From positions 6,758,001 to 6,822,000 of the forward strand of contig NC_047064.1 of assembly GCF_902459465.1 (NCBI RefSeq): 64,000 bases of DNA, in the 5' to 3' direction. Below the pieces are notes generated by a model. The model did not search any database, was not told where the DNA came from, and saw only the letters and a list, made by a program, of their open reading frames with translations. Position 1 is the first letter of the stretch, and every line of letters begins with the position of its first letter. The stretch is from Asterias rubens (Eukaryota). The position numbers and the translations under genes were made by a program. Shown here in pieces: positions 60,301 through 64,000 of the stretch.

Positions 60301-63300
60301 TTATGAGGGAAAGACAGACATTATTAGTGTGACTATACAAAGAATGACACTTTGTCAAAGAAGGTGTTATGACAAAATTACTTGCAACTAAATGTTGGGG
60401 CTTCTCATTTAGATTTTTGGTTTTGAGATTTCCATCTTCAGTCTTTTATTCAAACATATTTTCTCCTGAAGAGGATCAAAGCATACTGATCGAACATTGA
60501 GGAGACCCACTGTTCTTTTTAGAACAAACACCACTCAAAAGAGATTTACACATGGTGCTACTGCAAACCTCACCTAATCAAACGGTCTCTTCTTAAGTTT
60601 GAAACAATTTACAGAACCGCACCATTGAAACGAACTAATTACTCACCATAGACGTTTGTTAGAACTATGGGATCGTATAACTTGTTTTCAAAACCACCTG
60701 TCTTCCAACTAGAGCCTCTATGGGATTCTCATTCTGTTTAGAAGAGTGGCTCATGAAATTTGCAGTTTGCCCTGGAATGACCCCGCTGGGATATATTCTA
60801 TGTGTGAATCAGTGTCCCATCATCCCTGTAGTAATTGCCCTCGCTGCATGATGTTAACCAATGTGTCCAGCAGCCACTTGCATTCAGAAGGTTTCAGCTT
60901 GTTTACATACTATTGTAATTTTTTTCTCTCTCGCGATGTTGAGTGACATTATGATTATTTCCTTATACCTTGGCACTAGTAGCTATTTTTTCACCCAGAA
61001 TAAAAATATATATCGGACGCAAACAGCCGGCTACTGGTTCAGGTGAACCGTGCAGTCGGTGAGTGACAAGTGCATGATCAGTGACATTTTGTTTTGGAAC
61101 GTCACTGCAGCAAAGCTGTCACAAGTGTCATGTGATGGGCTTTAAAGACGATTTTCTTCTTCCAAGGGAGGTGTTCTGGTCTGACATTCTCCCCGTGAGA
61201 GAATAAACTAAACACTCATCAATCTAGGGTAATGGCTCTCAAGTTTTACTTGTTGATATTTCTGTATAAATCAATACTGCCCTTGTCCCAGTTAACCACA
61301 TCAGGAACTTTAGAATTGTCTGAATTTATGGACTTTTTATCTGTATCAGTAAGTGTTCCTTATTTCTTGGCTCTGTGTGCTGTGAGAACTTTCTATGGGA
61401 AAAAGAAAGGAAAAAATAATAGAGATAGCTGCTGATAACTGCTTACCAACCAAAAATGACCTATGGTAAAAGTGCGAACAAAATAGTTAGTGGCCTGAAG
61501 TTTTGAACCTAGCAGACTCGAAGGACAAGTGAAACATTTCAGAATTTCTGTCAAAGTACTGTCAAGCATAATTTTCTTGGGATCTGAATCTCTCATTAGT
61601 TTTCCCCTTTATTTTAAATATTGTCTTCTACATTCTTCTTTTTTGGTCTTTTAACAATTTGTTTAAGGGCGGCTCTCAAAAAAAGGAAATATTATAATAG
61701 AGTATGATGAAATAAAACTCGTAAAAAAGGTATGAACATGCTCATTAAGACACTGTGTCTTAACGAGAATGTTCAACCTTATTTTAAGAGCACAACAACC
61801 GGAATTGTTCATCATGTGTTGTTGTGTCCACAGACATAAATCTAATTTATTGATGTGAATAAGTGTTTGTCCTTGGGGTGGTATTGTGTGCTACATGTAC
61901 TGGTAGTCCAGTCTGGAGTCTCCACCCACCACTGTACCCCAGCGGACAGTCAAGGATGATTGCTTTAATCACCTTAGTACAGCATCATATCATTGGGAAA
62001 CAACAGAGCCGTGTTCATTGCCAGTGTTGAACCATGGAGCAATAAACTAGTTGAACTAGGTTATAAAACATGGTGGGGTGGACAAATTCATACCTTCATA
62101 TTTTATGTCAGAGCTAAAAGGCGCATTTATTGCCTGGTATTTACATGCAATCAAAAAAATGATGCATTGTTTAAGGGTTTGGGTACTTTTTGTATGACCC
62201 AAAACACGAACGTCCACAGAATTACATTAAATTTACTTACTGTACATGAATATTATGATGGTAGTAAACGTCCCTGAAACTATTACTTGCTGAGGTGCTA
62301 AGTGCTATAGCTTTTGAGAAGTTAGTTAACAACTTACCAAAATTTTTTTTTTTTCTCATGATGAGACAAAAATTGTTTAAGCATATGAAACGGACTCCCC
62401 TAAAAACAGCTCTGTGATTTTACTTCTTGATATAATAAACTTTATGACCAATGAAACTGAAACTTCTGCAGGTAAATTATATAGCCTACTACGTCTTCTG
62501 TCACAGTGATTAGAGATTCATGTCATGGCTGTGCCGGTCTTGCAAAAGAATCACATAGTATTTTGTGTCCACCCATACAATGAGTTTGACGAAGCACTTC
62601 TATTTTGACAGAATGGTAAGACAACATTACACCATGTCTTGGGAAAGTCACCGACGAAATCAACATCAAAAATGTACAAAGCTAAAACAAAATACCCCTC
62701 GGCAAAACCAAGAAATGTTCTCGAAGTATCCATCAGTCATAACATAATGCACTTCATTATTCCCAACCACATAAACTGGAGCAAATAACGGACCATGTAC
62801 AACAAGCAAGTGACTCACATGCCCCGAACATACGTAAAGCTGCCGAGTAGTTATGCCTTTGGGGAAGAAAGGACGAAGAAATAATAATCAAACCGTGTAC
62901 AGTGAGATTTAGTCGCGCCAAAATACACGCTTTATTGCCCCAATCTGCCAGCACAAACAGAGATTTAAACGGTCCTGGGTGAGATCATTATTTACCTGTT
63001 GGGTCAAAAGGGCCCCATGATTGGCACCTCAGAGTGTTATTAAGGTCAGGTCCTGATTGTATGTGGTTAAATGTCGGAATAAATTCTAAAGAAAAGCAGA
63101 ATTTATAGTTACGGATGCGCTTGTTGTGTTGTGTGTGTTGAATCCAGAGATGGATGGATTGAAGCTTATGTTGAATTAAAACAAATACTCTCACCACAGA
63201 TAAATTAAACAGATAAAGATTGTTTTTTTTGTTTATTTCCAGTGTTTTGTCCGTAATGTTTGCATGGCCACCTTAATTCCAGATGCAACCATCTTTAGTT

Positions 63301-63534
63301 AGGAAATTTGGAAATTGCGCAGTGACTTGTGTTGGGCTCTGCATTGCAGGCAATCTTTTTCCTGATACCTGTACACAATTCCATTCTGCACAAGATTCTT
63401 GCATTGAATAAAAAAGTTAAGAACTTGTGAAAAATGACTCCGAAAAATCAATTCACCCCAGGGAAATAGGAGGAGTTAAAAATCATTCACCGACCCAGCT
63501 GACGAAATGAAATGATGGAAGAACAAACACAAGC

Positions 63535-63650
63535 TAACTGCTGATATCACCGTGACTAGAATAAGTATTGTCATCGAATAAGCATTGTCATGTTTGTATG
63601 AGAGAGATTGGCTGTTGCCAGCTTTGTGTTTGGTGTTTATATCTCCTTGT
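63535..63650 (+). mobile_element. SINE family S2 fragment
   Basis: gactagaataagtattgtc...tgtttgtatgagagagattggctgttgccagc matches 23215-23340. Confidence 0.65.
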
Positions 63651-64000
63651 TTGATGAGAAGATCTTCTAAACAAACAAAACAAGCAATAAAAAAAACAAC
63701 AGTTCTTGTTTCCTACAAGACCCCAAGAGATGAAGATGACATTTTATCTACTTCCTTCTGAAAATGTGATACTCATCCATCCGAAAATTATTACGCACAT
63801 GTTGCGAGAATTGTTTGATGTATTCCTTTTTGGGGGGAATTCAAGAAAAGCTTTTAACCTATTTTTAAATATTTTTTAATGGGGGGAAAAAACCACTCAT
63901 CTTTTTTATTCTGTTTAAATAATTACGAATGTCAGACCTTAATCTAATTTATTACTTCTTCTTAATGGGTACCAAATTGATACACATTTAGTAGTAGACT

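Noticed and set aside
57356-64000. Further coding exons
   Set aside because: I found no codon-like segment with both acceptor and donor, so it is treated as intron. A very short exon could have been missed.

Overview
AT-rich eukaryotic (animal) genomic DNA, not prokaryotic. It has spliceosomal GT-AG introns, MITEs and SINEs, and no CRISPR array or operon. The repeat families look echinoderm, probably sea star (inference from familiarity, not verified). The window opens with the last three visible coding exons of dynactin subunit 6 (DCTN6/p27, + strand, stop at 1723), followed by a probable 3' UTR rich in palindromic repeats. About 43 kb of non-coding DNA follows. It holds about 15 copies of one TTAA-target (T2/Kolobok-type) MITE family and several related families, CWG-target (Harbinger-type) MITEs, tRNA-derived SINEs (including a head-to-tail array), many degenerate 150-230 bp tandem repeats, and CpG-richer patches with RFX X-boxes. 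A second, unidentified + strand gene appears to start near the end: a candidate non-coding first exon at about 46.8 kb, a CpG-rich promoter region at about 56.4-56.8 kb, and a coding exon ending at 57355, followed by intron to the window end. The most unusual items are (1) a 62-bp-TIR element whose centre has expanded into 16 near-identical 48-bp GC-rich units, (2) an AUG-less open frame of about 84 codons, with an NLS-like RKRLK, directly upstream of the second gene's first AUG, (3) a tandem array of SINEs, (4) three strong X-boxes and (5) a pre-miRNA-like hairpin at 33.7 kb. Almost all ORFs in the supplied track look spurious. Repeat boundaries were read by eye and are approximate.
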